A stretch of 64,000 nt of DNA from an uncultured Gammaproteobacteria bacterium (GCA_963849825.1 CAWKIK010000003.1:252787-316786), one strand, 5' to 3'; numbered from the stretch's first letter, positions 1 to 10,838 are shown. The notes: a model not told the origin generated them from the sequence alone. Made by a program: numbers and translations.

Positions 1-44
1 GTCCGCCTTCGCCAGTCGGCAGGCACCAGCAGATCGGGAATGCC

Positions 45-1103
45 ATGACACGTATCGTGATCATCGACGACCAAGCGATCAGTCGAAAGCTGCTGGACAA
101 ACTGATCGGCACCATTGAACAATCCGCAGAGGTCCGGTCATTTTCGGATCCGATCGAGGCGCTGACCTGGATCGAACGAAACACGCCAGACCTCGTACTC
201 ACGGATTACAAAATGCCGAATCTCGACGGGATCTCGTTCACCCGGCTGTTCCGGCAGATCCCCTATTGCCTGGATGTACCGCTGGTCATGGTTACCTGTA
301 TCGAGGATCGCGAAATCCGCTACCAGGCGCTTGAGGCCGGGGCTACCGACTTTCTGACCAAACCCGTGGATCAAGTGGAATGCCGCGCCAGGTGTCGCAA
401 TCTGCTCACCATGCGCCGCCAGCAGCACATTATCAAAGACCGCAACCGTTGGCTCGAAAGCCGGGTCTCGGAAGCCACTGACGCGGTCCGCACGCGGGAA
501 CGGGAAACCTTGATTCGCCTCGCGAAAGCCGGCGAATACCGGGATGAGGAAACCGGCAACCACGTCTTGCGCATGGCACGTTATTCGCAACTGATCGCCG
601 AGGAGCTAGGCCTACCGGCGCAGGAAAGCAAGTCCATCGGCATTTCGGCTCCCATGCACGACATCGGAAAAATCGGTATTCCAGATGCGATCCTATTGAA
701 GCCCGGCAAGCATACGCCTGAAGAATTCGCCATCATGAAACGGCATACGTTGATCGGTTACGACATCCTCAAGGAAAGCCCGTCCAAATATCTACAGATG
801 GGCGCCACAATCGCCGTCGGCCACCATGAAAAATTCGACGGCAGCGGCTACCCTTACGGGCTGCGGGCCGAAGAGATTCCGCTTTGCGCGCGCATCGTCG
901 CCGTAGCGGATGTGTTCGATGCATTGACTTCCGTGAGGCCGTACAAGCACGCCTGGCCGGTACAAGATGCAGTCGCCTATCTACGCAAACAACGCGGAAG
1001 TCATTTCGACCCTGAGTGCGTGGACCGATTCCTGGCGCGACTGAACCGGGTTATGGATATCTATCGAGAACTATCGGACGAGCCAGCTCAACAGACTCAA
1101 TAA
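45..1103 (+). CDS. rpfG: Response regulator with HD-GYP c-di-GMP phosphodiesterase domain (RpfG-like)
   Basis: N-terminal REC domain (IIDD, LTDYKMP), HDIGKIG, HHEKFDGSGYP and RPYK motifs; adjacent to an RpfC-like gene. Confidence 0.85.
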   Translation: MTRIVIIDDQAISRKLLDKLIGTIEQSAEVRSFSDPIEALTWIERNTPDLVLTDYKMPNLDGISFTRLFRQIPYCLDVPLVMVTCIEDREIRYQALEAGATDFLTKPVDQVECRARCRNLLTMRRQQHIIKDRNRWLESRVSEATDAVRTRERETLIRLAKAGEYRDEETGNHVLRMARYSQLIAEELGLPAQESKSIGISAPMHDIGKIGIPDAILLKPGKHTPEEFAIMKRHTLIGYDILKESPSKYLQMGATIAVGHHEKFDGSGYPYGLRAEEIPLCARIVAVADVFDALTSVRPYKHAWPVQDAVAYLRKQRGSHFDPECVDRFLARLNRVMDIYRELSDEPAQQTQ

Positions 1104-1105
1104 TC

Positions 1106-3676
1106 ATGCGCGGCATCACGGACGTAAACCAGCGCGGCGGAGCATCCATACCAGTCGGGGACGACGAAGCTAGTCCGACGGTCGGCGGCGCGCGGGAACA
1201 GGACATCTTGCGCGTACTGCTGGTCAGTGCCGCGAGCGCCTATCTGCTTTTTTCCGTTCCCGACCATGCGCATTCCGGGGCGCTCACCATCACTGCCGCA
1301 GCGGCCGTTCTCGGTGCGATGGTTCTGCTCGCCTTCGGCATATTCCTGCCGCAGCAGTCGGTCCAACGGCGCATGTTTACGATCCTGTTCGATACAGTCG
1401 TTATCACTGGGGGTATGCAACTCGGCGGCGAAGCGGGCGCACCGCTGTACCTGTTTTACCTTTTGTCGGCATTCGGCAATGGCTTTCGGTTTGGTCTACC
1501 GTTTCTATATCTCAGCACTTCCCTCAGCCTGATCGGTTACCCGCTGGTGGTCATGGATTCGCCGTTCTGGCTCGCCCACATGCCGCTGGCGGTCGGCTTC
1601 TGGGTGGGGCTGGCCGCCCTGCCGGTGTATGTCGCAATCATGTTCAAGCGGCTGCACGGCACGATCAGACGCAGCGAACGCGTAACCAAGGAACAGGCCC
1701 GGTTTCTGATCGAAGCGGGGCTCGAATTGCGCCCGCCGCTCAATCGATTGCTGGGTGTAACCGATCTGCTGCGTGAGACATCCCTGAGTCGAGAGCAACG
1801 CGGATTCGCTGATTCGATCTGCGAATCGGCAAATTCTGCCGTGGCCGTAATGCACAATATCGTCGACTACGCCGCCATTGCAGGGGGGAAGCTCGATCTT
1901 CGCACCACGGAATTCGATTTGCACAACGTGCTCAATGGCGCCATTCGCCTGTTGCGGGACCAGGCAAACGAGCGCAGCATGAGCCTCGGTCTGCAGATCG
2001 ATCCGCAAACCCCGTATCAACTGATGGGCGCACCCGCACAGCTGCGCCAGGTCCTTTCCAACCTGATCAGCAACGCGATGGCCCTTGCCCGCTACGGACA
2101 ACTGGACGTACGCGTTCGACCGTTGCGTGCAAACGACAGCGGCACAATACTTCGGTTCGAGATCGAACAACACGGAAACGGCGAGGCGGCGCGCCTCCTT
2201 GTCCGGGTGATCGACCGGACCAAGCGGCAGGCGACGACGATCCCCTACGACGGCACCGCGCTGCGGGCAGTCGTCGCAGTCGAGTTGGTCAAGCTCATGG
2301 GCGGCACGATCGGCGTCGAGAAGCAAGAGGCCGATACGTCTACCGTGTGGTTTGAAGTGCCGTTCGGACCCAGCTCTGCCGCGTGTCTTTCAGCCACCTC
2401 GTTGCAGCACACGCGGGTCCTGCTGATTTCCGATGCGCGAAGCCCGAATATTGGAGTCGTGACGGGGTGTTTACGGGAATGGGGCGTGCAATTTGAAATC
2501 AACGACAGCGCCAGCGGAGCATTCGTGCGGGCCGAATCCGAATTACGGCGCAGCCACGCCTACCATGTGATCATCGTCGACAAATCGTTGATCGACATCG
2601 ACACCAGACAGTTCGCCCGTGCGCTGCGCAAGGTAACCAGTAGTGCCGACACCGCCTTAGTGCTCATTACCAGGGAAGACAACGATTTGGAGCATCGTTC
2701 ACTGCTCGAAGCAGGATATTCTTGCCTGCTTTCGTCCCCTGTGGACCAAAATCTGCTTTTCAACGCCTTGCATTCGGCGCCTATCGTGGAGCGGCACGGC
2801 GGCGAACGCATCGTGCCGCTGCGCCGACGCATCGATCGAACCCGCACTGCGCGCCGATCGCGGGTACTGGTAGCGGAAGACAATCCGACCAGTCAGAAAT
2901 TCATCGCCCGTGTCCTGGAGCGGGCCGGCCATGAAGTGGATCTGGTACACAACGGTGAAGAAGCGCTGGATGCATTGGAGTGCGGCGACTACGACCTGGT
3001 CATGCTGGATATGCATATGCCTGTTATGGACGGCGTGCAAACGGCCAAGCTGTACCGTTTCATTTACCCCAATAAGAACGATCTGCCGTTCGTCATGTTG
3101 ACTGCCAATACCACGACGGAAGCAAAATTGGAGTGTGAAGCAGCCGGCATCGAGACCTTTCTCACTAAACCCATCGAAGCAACCAGACTGCTGGAAATCA
3201 TCGAGTGCATTCTCGAGCGCCGCAGAGGCGGCGACCAGTCCGGGCTTCGCAATGATCGCGACCCGATGCGGCAATGGGAACGACCTGCTGCAACCGAAGT
3301 TTTCGACGGCGCGCCGATTCTCAATCTCGCGAGTCTCCAGGAGGTTGAGAGCCTCGGACACGGCAGCGATTTCTTTCACGAGCTCGTTCAGGGATTTATC
3401 CGGGACGGTAACGGACTGCTCGAAAAACTGCAGGACTCCCTGTCGCGGGAAGACTATGCGGATTTTCGCGATGCCAGCCACGCCTTGAAGGGCAACGCGG
3501 GCAGCATAGGCGCAGTAAAACTTTACAAGAGTTGCCTACAGGTGGAGCGCATGAGTCGTGCGGATTTCGAGCTGTTGGGAGTACAGACGCTGATCGACAT
3601 TCGCGGTGATTTGCACCAAGCCTGCACCGCGCTGATCGAATATTCCAAGAAGCTGGGAAACAACGCGAGCAATTGA
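1106..3676 (+). CDS. RpfC-like membrane hybrid sensor (TM-HisKA-HATPase-REC-REC-HPt) with degenerate kinase core
   Basis: RpfC-type TM region (GNGFRFG), REC domain VMLDMHMPVMDG, HPt HALKGNAGSIGA; H-box reads AGLELRPPLN; ATG at 1106 just after the rpfG stop. Confidence 0.8.
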   Translation: MRGITDVNQRGGASIPVGDDEASPTVGGAREQDILRVLLVSAASAYLLFSVPDHAHSGALTITAAAAVLGAMVLLAFGIFLPQQSVQRRMFTILFDTVVITGGMQLGGEAGAPLYLFYLLSAFGNGFRFGLPFLYLSTSLSLIGYPLVVMDSPFWLAHMPLAVGFWVGLAALPVYVAIMFKRLHGTIRRSERVTKEQARFLIEAGLELRPPLNRLLGVTDLLRETSLSREQRGFADSICESANSAVAVMHNIVDYAAIAGGKLDLRTTEFDLHNVLNGAIRLLRDQANERSMSLGLQIDPQTPYQLMGAPAQLRQVLSNLISNAMALARYGQLDVRVRPLRANDSGTILRFEIEQHGNGEAARLLVRVIDRTKRQATTIPYDGTALRAVVAVELVKLMGGTIGVEKQEADTSTVWFEVPFGPSSAACLSATSLQHTRVLLISDARSPNIGVVTGCLREWGVQFEINDSASGAFVRAESELRRSHAYHVIIVDKSLIDIDTRQFARALRKVTSSADTALVLITREDNDLEHRSLLEAGYSCLLSSPVDQNLLFNALHSAPIVERHGGERIVPLRRRIDRTRTARRSRVLVAEDNPTSQKFIARVLERAGHEVDLVHNGEEALDALECGDYDLVMLDMHMPVMDGVQTAKLYRFIYPNKNDLPFVMLTANTTTEAKLECEAAGIETFLTKPIEATRLLEIIECILERRRGGDQSGLRNDRDPMRQWERPAATEVFDGAPILNLASLQEVESLGHGSDFFHELVQGFIRDGNGLLEKLQDSLSREDYADFRDASHALKGNAGSIGAVKLYKSCLQVERMSRADFELLGVQTLIDIRGDLHQACTALIEYSKKLGNNASN

Positions 3677-3688
3677 CGGAACCTTAGA

Positions 3689-3922
3689 TCAGATACCGCT
3701 GTACTTCATCACCAGCATCACAACACCCACCAGGGTGCCTACGAACAGGGCGGTAAAGATCAAGCCTACGATGATGTACGCGGCCGGTCGGCCTTTGGTG
3801 AAATCCCGTTCGTGAGCGTGGCGACCCCGCACTCCAAACATCGCCGCAATTACGCTGGCGACCACATGTAGCAGTCCGACCTGTGCATCGCGATCTTTGT
3901 GCTGTTCGTTCGAATCCGACAT
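3689..3922 (-). CDS. DUF2970 family small membrane protein
   Basis: SVIAAMFGV...ERDF..G.P..YIIVG pattern with two hydrophobic segments. Confidence 0.75.
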   Translation of the reverse strand: MSDSNEQHKDRDAQVGLLHVVASVIAAMFGVRGRHAHERDFTKGRPAAYIIVGLIFTALFVGTLVGVVMLVMKYSGI

Positions 3923-3975
3923 CAGTAGCAATCCCCGAGCTGGAAAAAAGCAGGCGAATAGGTTCATTTGGCAAT

Positions 3976-5274
3976 TTAGCGCACGACTGCACCCGGATCC
4001 TCCAGACCGCGGGCCATGTCACGCCCGCGCTCAACGTCCACGCGCAGCAGTAACACCGCACCAACGGCAAATAATATCACGGTCGACAATAACGCGAGCC
4101 GGGAATCGCCGCTTTCGAGTGCCACCAGACCCATGAGAACCGGGCCCAGCACTGCGGCGAACTTTCCGAGCATGTTATAGAAGCCAAAGAACTCTCCGGA
4201 CTTGTCGCGCGGTATAAGCCGCGCATACAGAGAGCGGCTAAGTGCCTGGATTCCGCCCTGCACCAGTCCAACGATTGCCGCAAGCAGATAAAATTCCCTG
4301 GTGCTGGTCATGCCATGGGCCCAAGCGATTACCAGTATGTAGGCTGCTATGCAAATCAGCACTCCCCGCTTGGGGCCCATCCAACTGGCGAGATAACCGA
4401 ACAGCAGTGCGGACGGAAAGCCGACGAATTGGGTAAGCAACAAGGCGAGCATCAAATCGCGCACCTGGAATCCCAACGACAGCCCGTAATCGATCGCCAT
4501 TCTGACGACCGTGTCTACGCCATCGATATAAAGCCAATAGGCCAGTAGAAACAATGCAACCACGCGCAGTTTGCGCACGTGATGAAACGTGTCGCGCAAT
4601 TGGCGAAATCCGGCCCGAACACTTCCCTTCGCCGATGGCTGCCGTGCCGGCTCCCGGACCCACAGTGCCAGTGGTACTGTAAACAGCAGCCACCACAGGG
4701 CCACCAGAAGAAAACTCACTCGTACGCCGTCGGCGGCGTCGAGCAGGCCGAAGCGTTGCGGCTGAACTGTGAGCCATACACATACCGCGAACAAAAGTCC
4801 GCCGCCCAGGTAACCGAGCGCATAGCCAAGCGACGAAGCCCAATCCAAGCGTTCCTCTGGCACCAATGCAGGCAGCAGGGCGTCGTAGAAAACGTTCGCG
4901 CCCGCGAAACCGATCGCCGCCGTTGCGTACAGAATCACCGCCCACTGCCAGTCGCCCTTGTGGATGTAATAAAGACCCGCCGTGGCGGCGATTCCAAGAA
5001 CAGCAAAATACAGCAGGAAACGTTTGCGCGCGCTGGCCCGGTCAGCGATCGCGCCCAGGACGGGCGCCATCACCACAATCACCAGACTTGCCGCCGAGTT
5101 TGCAGCCCCAAGTCGAAAAGTACTCTCCGTAACCGGGACGCCGGCGCTCCAGAATTGTTTGAAGAATACGGGAAAGAACGCGGCCATGACGGCGGTCGCG
5201 AACGCCGAATTCCCCCAGTCGTACATAGCCCAGGCCCAAAGCGAACGGCGGCCCTGCGGCGCGGCGATCATCAT
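3976..5274 (-). CDS. MFS transporter, UMF1/Atg22-like family
   Basis: WAMYDWGNSAF, NVFYDALLP, QALSRSLYARLIP and EFFGFY motifs; about 12 TM segments. Confidence 0.85.
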   Translation of the reverse strand: MMIAAPQGRRSLWAWAMYDWGNSAFATAVMAAFFPVFFKQFWSAGVPVTESTFRLGAANSAASLVIVVMAPVLGAIADRASARKRFLLYFAVLGIAATAGLYYIHKGDWQWAVILYATAAIGFAGANVFYDALLPALVPEERLDWASSLGYALGYLGGGLLFAVCVWLTVQPQRFGLLDAADGVRVSFLLVALWWLLFTVPLALWVREPARQPSAKGSVRAGFRQLRDTFHHVRKLRVVALFLLAYWLYIDGVDTVVRMAIDYGLSLGFQVRDLMLALLLTQFVGFPSALLFGYLASWMGPKRGVLICIAAYILVIAWAHGMTSTREFYLLAAIVGLVQGGIQALSRSLYARLIPRDKSGEFFGFYNMLGKFAAVLGPVLMGLVALESGDSRLALLSTVILFAVGAVLLLRVDVERGRDMARGLEDPGAVVR

Positions 5275-5302
5275 GGCTTTGGCGGGACGGCGCGGATCAC
5301 GG

Positions 5303-6895
5303 CTACAAGCTCATGCCGTGTTCACGGGTAGCGTGAAATTCGATTTCCGGAGCCCGCTCCATCGCCAAGTCCAAATTCACCCGCGTCGGAGCCAGATAGG
5401 TGAGGTTACCGCCGCCATCAACAGCGAGATTATCGCGCGCCTTGGTACGAAACTGATCCAACTTGCGTGGATCCTTGCTGCTGACCCAGCGCGCAGTGGC
5501 GACATTCACCGCTTCGAAAGTACAGTCGACTCCGTACTCGTTCTTGAGTCGAAACGCCACCACATCGAATTGCAGAACGCCTACAGCCCCGACAATCAGA
5601 TCGTTGTTGCGCAAAGGCCGGAAAAGCTGCGATGCGCCCTCCTCGGAAAGTTCGACCAAACCCTTCTGCAACGCTTTCAACCTCAGGGGATCGCGCAAAA
5701 CCACGCGTCGGAACAGCTCCGGTGCAAAATTCGGAATGCCGGTGAATTGCAATACTTCGCCTTCCGTGAAGGTGTCCCCGATTTGTATGGTACCGTGGTT
5801 GTGCAAGCCAATGATGTCACCAGCCCATGCCTCTTCCACATGTTCGCGTTCACTTGCCATGAAGGTGATGGCGTTGGCGACTTTTACGTCGCGGCCGATG
5901 CGCACATGACGCATCTTCATGCCTTTGCTGTAACGCCCGGAACACACGCGCAGAAATGCGATGCGGTCGCGGTGCTGCGGATCCATGTTTGCCTGGATCT
6001 TGAAGACGAAGCCACTGAACTTGTCCTCGGCCGGTTCGACCGTACGATCGATGGTTTCCCGCCCACGAGGCGGCGGCGCCGTCTCGACGAAGGTATCCAA
6101 CAATTCCTTGACGCCGAAGTTGTTGATCGCGGAACCGAACAATACAGGGCTCAGTTCACCCTTGAGATACGCATCCTGATCGAACGCGTGGCTTGCACCG
6201 CGTACGAGTTCGATTTCCTCGCGCAGTTCACCAGCCACGCCGCCGAGAATTTCATCCAGCCGCGGATTGTCCAGGCCGTCGATGACTTCACCGGACTTGA
6301 TCCGCCCACCATGGGTCGCACTGAACAAATGCACGTTGTCGCTGTAAAGATGATACACACCCTTGAAACCCTTACCCATGCCGATCGGCCAGGTGACCGG
6401 AGCACAGCGGATCTTCAGCACGTCCTCGACCTCGTCGAGCAACTCGACCGGCTCGCGACCCTCCCGGTCGAGTTTGTTGATGAAGGTGACGATCGGCGTC
6501 GCCCGCAACCGGCAGACCTCCATCAGTTTGATGGTGCGTTCCTCAACGCCTTTGGCGGCGTCGATGACCATCAACGCGGAGTCCACCGCGGTGAGCGTAC
6601 GGTAGGTATCTTCCGAGAAATCTTCGTGTCCGGGCGTATCGAGCAGGTTCACCAATCGGTCCCGATAGGGAAATTGCATGACCGAGGAAGTCACCGAGAT
6701 GCCGCGCTGCTTTTCCAGCTCCATCCAATCGGAGGTAGCATGACGCGCCGCCTTGCGGCCTTTCACGGTTCCGGCAAGCTGTATCGCGCCACCGAACAGC
6801 AGCAGCTTTTCGGTGAGTGTGGTCTTGCCCGCGTCGGGATGCGAAATAATCGCGAATGTTCGCCGGCGTTGGACTTCCTTGGGTAACACGGACAT
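5303..6895 (-). CDS. prfC: Peptide chain release factor 3
   Basis: [43 protein letters not shown]. Confidence 0.97.
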   Translation of the reverse strand: MSVLPKEVQRRRTFAIISHPDAGKTTLTEKLLLFGGAIQLAGTVKGRKAARHATSDWMELEKQRGISVTSSVMQFPYRDRLVNLLDTPGHEDFSEDTYRTLTAVDSALMVIDAAKGVEERTIKLMEVCRLRATPIVTFINKLDREGREPVELLDEVEDVLKIRCAPVTWPIGMGKGFKGVYHLYSDNVHLFSATHGGRIKSGEVIDGLDNPRLDEILGGVAGELREEIELVRGASHAFDQDAYLKGELSPVLFGSAINNFGVKELLDTFVETAPPPRGRETIDRTVEPAEDKFSGFVFKIQANMDPQHRDRIAFLRVCSGRYSKGMKMRHVRIGRDVKVANAITFMASEREHVEEAWAGDIIGLHNHGTIQIGDTFTEGEVLQFTGIPNFAPELFRRVVLRDPLRLKALQKGLVELSEEGASQLFRPLRNNDLIVGAVGVLQFDVVAFRLKNEYGVDCTFEAVNVATARWVSSKDPRKLDQFRTKARDNLAVDGGGNLTYLAPTRVNLDLAMERAPEIEFHATREHGMSL

Positions 6896-6978
6896 AGAAA
6901 AACGGTCAGGGGATCGCTGCGAGGCCGCTATTGTATACGAAGTGCCGAGCCATGCGGGTCAATTGCAACCGCGTCCAA

Positions 6979-7443
6979 TCACAGGGGTAACGCCATAATA
7001 AGCGCGTCCTCCCGACCCCCTTTGGCGGGATAGTAGTTTTTACGAACTCCCACCTCGGAAAAGCCGACATGCTCATAGAGCGTCAGGGCCGCTATGTTCG
7101 AGGGTCGTACTTCAAGCAGCACCACTTCAACGTGCAGGCGGCGCGCCGACTCCACCAATTGCCGCAACATCATCCGCCCCAAGCCCTGCCGCTGGGAATG
7201 ACGATGCACGCACAGGTTCAACACGTGGGCTTCGCCGCCCCCGCTCGACATCACGCCATAAGCATGTATCGCGCCTTCGATCTCCAGCACCTGGCACAGG
7301 TATCCCACCCGCAGACAGTCTTGAAAAATCCCCCGGGTCCAAGGCTGCCGGTAACCCAGATGCTCGATCTCCATAATTGAATCCAGGTCGTCTTCGCACA
7401 TGCTGCGAAAGGCCGGCATCGAGCGGTCGAAAACGGCGCTCAT
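6979..7443 (-). CDS. rimI: Ribosomal protein S18-alanine N-acetyltransferase
   Basis: EAHVLNLCV, QRQGLG, LEVRPSN, RKNYY, EDALIM; ATGA overlap with the upstream gene. Confidence 0.92.
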   Translation of the reverse strand: MSAVFDRSMPAFRSMCEDDLDSIMEIEHLGYRQPWTRGIFQDCLRVGYLCQVLEIEGAIHAYGVMSSGGGEAHVLNLCVHRHSQRQGLGRMMLRQLVESARRLHVEVVLLEVRPSNIAALTLYEHVGFSEVGVRKNYYPAKGGREDALIMALPL

Positions 7444-8153
7444 TGCGGACTCCGCAGCAGTTCGCGGGCGATGCACAGGTCCTGCCACGCCTTGGCCTTG
7501 TCCTGAGGTGAACGCAACAGATAGGCGGGATGATAGGTCACCAGCACGGGCACATTCTCGGCTCCGAAGTGGTGAAACGCACCACGCAGGCGCGTCAGGC
7601 TGACCTGGGTATGAAGCAGATTATGAGCGGCGATTCGTCCCAGGGCGAGAATCAGCCTCGGCGCCACCAACTCCACCTGTCGGCGCAGATAACCAGCGCA
7701 TTGCTGTACTTCCGCAGACTCCGGATCGCGGTTGTTGGGCGGTCGGCACTTGAGAATATTGGCGATGTAAACCTGTTCACGTGCCAGACCGATCGCTCGC
7801 AGCATTTCGTTCAGCAATTGGCCGGCACGACCCACGAAGGGTTCGCCCTGGCGATCCTCATCAGCGCCGGGCGCCTCGCCGATGAGCATCAAGTCGGCGC
7901 GCACATCACCCGTTCCGAAGACGGTTTGGGTGCGGCTACGATGCAAATCGCAAGCCTCACAAGCGATGACTGCGCTACGCAGGGTGTGCCAATCGGCCTG
8001 CCCTACGGGTTGCGCGGACATCGGCGCCGGGCACTCGCCCGTCGGCGCAGACGCCGGGGGCCGTACCGTCGGCGCCCGGCTGCCTGGCAGGCGCTGTTCC
8101 CATACCTCGATATCCATCGCCGAGAGATAGGCTTGTCGTCGTGCCTCGTTCAT
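7440..8153 (-). CDS. Uracil-DNA glycosylase family 4 (Fe-S), with HolD/psi-like N-terminal peptide
   Basis: Cxx[31 protein letters not shown] motifs. Confidence 0.9.
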   Translation of the reverse strand: MNEARRQAYLSAMDIEVWEQRLPGSRAPTVRPPASAPTGECPAPMSAQPVGQADWHTLRSAVIACEACDLHRSRTQTVFGTGDVRADLMLIGEAPGADEDRQGEPFVGRAGQLLNEMLRAIGLAREQVYIANILKCRPPNNRDPESAEVQQCAGYLRRQVELVAPRLILALGRIAAHNLLHTQVSLTRLRGAFHHFGAENVPVLVTYHPAYLLRSPQDKAKAWQDLCIARELLRSPQ

Positions 8154-8176
8154 TCTGACCTCGCCCGCACCGTCTC

Positions 8177-9727
8177 CTATACGTCAGCTGCCTGCGGATG
8201 GGCTCTTTGCACCGGATACATGATTTTATTCAACGCATTCAGATACGCCTTCACAGACGCGGTCACGATGTCGGTGTCCGAACCCTGACCGTTGACAACC
8301 CGACCGCCTTTGGACAATCGCACTGTCACCTCGCCCTGGGAATCGGTACCGCTGGTGATATTGTTCACCGAATAGAGCAGCAATTCCGTGTCGCTGTGCA
8401 CGACACTGTCGATCCCCTTGAACGCCGCGTCCACCGGCCCGCCGCCGACACCTGCAGCCGCGTGTTCCTGGCCGTCGATGCTCAGCGTAATCTGCGCATT
8501 GGGCATTTCCCCGGTTTCGCTGCAAACCCGCAAAGCCACCAGTTTGATGCGTTCATTTTCCGCTTCGAGGCTGGTTTCGGTCACCAACGCTTGAAGATCC
8601 TCGTCGTAGATCTCGTGCTTCTTGTCGGCGAGGTCCTTGAAGCGCGCGAAAACGTCGTTGAGCGCTTCTTCGGAATCGAATTCGATACCGATCTCCTTCA
8701 AGCGTGTACGGAATGCGTTGCGTCCGGAAAGCTTGCCGAGAACCATGCGATTCGCGCTCCATCCCACGTCCTCGGCGCGCATGATCTCGTAGGTTTCCCG
8801 GCTTTTGAGCACCCCATCCTGGTGGATGCCCGACTCATGGGCGAACGCATTGGCGCCGACGATTGCCTTGTTGGGCTGTACTGGAAAGCCGGTAATGTTC
8901 GACACCAGACGCGAACTGGACACGATTTGCGTGGTATCGATATCCACGTCGCAGGGAAATATGTCCTGGCGTGTGCGCACCGCCATCACCACCTCTTCCA
9001 ACGCGGCGTTGCCGGCGCGTTCGCCGAGACCGTTGATGGTGCATTCCACCTGCCGGGCGCCATGCATCACAGCCGACAATGAATTGGCGACCGCCAACCC
9101 CAGATCGTTGTGGCAATGTACCGAAAATACAGCTTTGTCGGAGTTGGGCACCCGCTCGATCAGGTCGCCGATCAATCGCCCGAATTGCTCCGGTACGTTG
9201 TAGCCCACGGTATCGGGAATGTTCACGGTACGCGCACCCGCGTCGATTGCTGCTTCGATCACCCTGCACAGGAAATCGAGCTCCGATCTGCCAGCATCCT
9301 CGGCCGAAAATTCGACGTCGTCGGTGAACTGGCGGGCGCGCTTGACCGCGCGCACAGCCTGCTCAACGACTTGGTCTGGCTCCATGCGCAACTTCATTTT
9401 CATGTGGATTGGCGAAGTCGCGATGAAAGTGTGGATGCGCGCAGACGGCGCATCCTTGAGCGCTTCTCCGGCGCGATCGATGTCTTTGTCCAACGCCCGT
9501 GCGAGACCGCAAACCGTGCTGTACTGGACTGTCTTGGCGACCGCCCGCACGGCTTCGAAATCGCCCTTACTGGCGACCGGAAAACCGGCTTCGATGACGT
9601 CGACCCGCATGCGGTCCAGGGCCTTGGCGATACGCACCTTTTCCTCTTTTGTCATGGATGCGCCGGGGCTCTGCTCGCCGTCACGCATGGTGGTATCGAA
9701 TATGATGAGTTTGTCTTTTCCGCTCAT
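8177..9727 (-). CDS. leuA: 2-isopropylmalate synthase
   Basis: [38 protein letters not shown] and C-terminal regulatory domain. Confidence 0.96.
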   Translation of the reverse strand: MSGKDKLIIFDTTMRDGEQSPGASMTKEEKVRIAKALDRMRVDVIEAGFPVASKGDFEAVRAVAKTVQYSTVCGLARALDKDIDRAGEALKDAPSARIHTFIATSPIHMKMKLRMEPDQVVEQAVRAVKRARQFTDDVEFSAEDAGRSELDFLCRVIEAAIDAGARTVNIPDTVGYNVPEQFGRLIGDLIERVPNSDKAVFSVHCHNDLGLAVANSLSAVMHGARQVECTINGLGERAGNAALEEVVMAVRTRQDIFPCDVDIDTTQIVSSSRLVSNITGFPVQPNKAIVGANAFAHESGIHQDGVLKSRETYEIMRAEDVGWSANRMVLGKLSGRNAFRTRLKEIGIEFDSEEALNDVFARFKDLADKKHEIYDEDLQALVTETSLEAENERIKLVALRVCSETGEMPNAQITLSIDGQEHAAAGVGGGPVDAAFKGIDSVVHSDTELLLYSVNNITSGTDSQGEVTVRLSKGGRVVNGQGSDTDIVTASVKAYLNALNKIMYPVQRAHPQAADV

Positions 9728-9857
9728 AACCTTGTGCTCCGATCGCAGGCTCAGTTTACCTGAGGCCATACGCTGCGCAAACCGGCTGGGCCGGTACTCG
9801 TAGGGGGACTGCGGGTGCGTGATTTACCCTCGCCAGGGTATGCCGAGTATCTGCCCG

Positions 9858-9968
9858 TCAGGGCAGCAGTCGCAGCAGGGTGAGCAGAAGAAGGGAAACG
9901 GACAGGAGCGAGCCCGCCGCCGACTGGCGGTAATGATCCGGATCGATTTGGCAAATCGTTGCGTTCAT
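9858..9968 (-). CDS. Putative leu attenuator leader peptide (36 aa, MNATICQIDPDHYRQSAAGSLLSVSLLLLTLLRLLP)
   Basis: Translated by hand: ATG at 9968, TGA at 9858-9860, 10 Leu among the last 16 residues, 130 nt upstream of leuA. Confidence 0.75.
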   Translation of the reverse strand: MNATICQIDPDHYRQSAAGSLLSVSLLLLTLLRLLP

Positions 9969-10004
9969 CGGACTCGCAGGTACGGGGTTCAAGAAACTAT
10001 AGCG

Positions 10005-10838
10005 TTATTCGTCGTGCTTGCCAAGGGTAGGCGAAACTGCCTCCCGCTCGTGGTCGCCGGGATGGGCGTGGCGCATGCGTTTTCGTCGAACGCGTACCAG
10101 CCATTGCAGCGGTCCCGACAAGGCATAGGCGAAGAATACTGCGAAAATCACCTTGGGCGGATCGATCGCAATCAATATCAGCGCCAGGACAACCACCAGG
10201 ATTCCGAGATAAGGAATCCGGTCTTTTCGCTTCACTGTTTTGAAGCTGTGGTACAACACAGGGCTGACCATCAGCGCGCCGGCACAAATGGTGAGCACGA
10301 ACGCCGGTACCCACAACGCACTGCCCGACCAGCCGAGATCCACCGCAAGCCAGATAAAGGAAACCAACAATGTTGCCGCAGACGGGCTTGCGAGTCCGTA
10401 AAAATATCGCTTGTCCACTTTGCCGATTTGGACGTTGAAACGGGCCAAACGCATCGCTGCCATGGCAGCATAAAAAAATGCCGCCAGCCAGCCGATCTTG
10501 CCCCATTGGCCTCCGAGTTGGGCCATGCTGATCAACGACCACTTGTACATCACTAACGACGGCGCGAGCCCGAAGGACACCAGATCGGCCATGCTGTCGT
10601 ATTGGGCGCCGAACTCGCTCTGGGTGCCCGTCATGCGGGCCACTCTGCCATCGATACCATCCAGCAGCATGGCCACGATCACCGCGATCGCGGCGATATG
10701 AAACTTACCGCCCATCGCCGCGACGATGGCATAAAACCCGGCAAACAACCCGCCGGTGGTAAACAAATTGGGCAACAGATAGACGGCGCGCCGGCGACGT
10801 CTGGCCTCTATGATTTCTTCATCCATATTTTGGTCCAC
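10005..10838 (-). CDS. pssA: CDP-diacylglycerol--serine O-phosphatidyltransferase
   Basis: YLLPNLFT, DGIDGRVAR, FGAQYDSMADLVSFG, RLARFN. Confidence 0.92.
   Translation of the reverse strand: MDQNMDEEIIEARRRRRAVYLLPNLFTTGGLFAGFYAIVAAMGGKFHIAAIAVIVAMLLDGIDGRVARMTGTQSEFGAQYDSMADLVSFGLAPSLVMYKWSLISMAQLGGQWGKIGWLAAFFYAAMAAMRLARFNVQIGKVDKRYFYGLASPSAATLLVSFIWLAVDLGWSGSALWVPAFVLTICAGALMVSPVLYHSFKTVKRKDRIPYLGILVVVLALILIAIDPPKVIFAVFFAYALSGPLQWLVRVRRKRMRHAHPGDHEREAVSPTLGKHDE

Noticed and set aside
4982-6886. 634-aa ORF on the + strand, and similar long antisense ORFs over leuA, ilvI, proS, apbC, metG and xsc
   Set aside because: Shadow ORFs opposite well-conserved genes; expected from GC-rich codon bias and with no recognisable motifs
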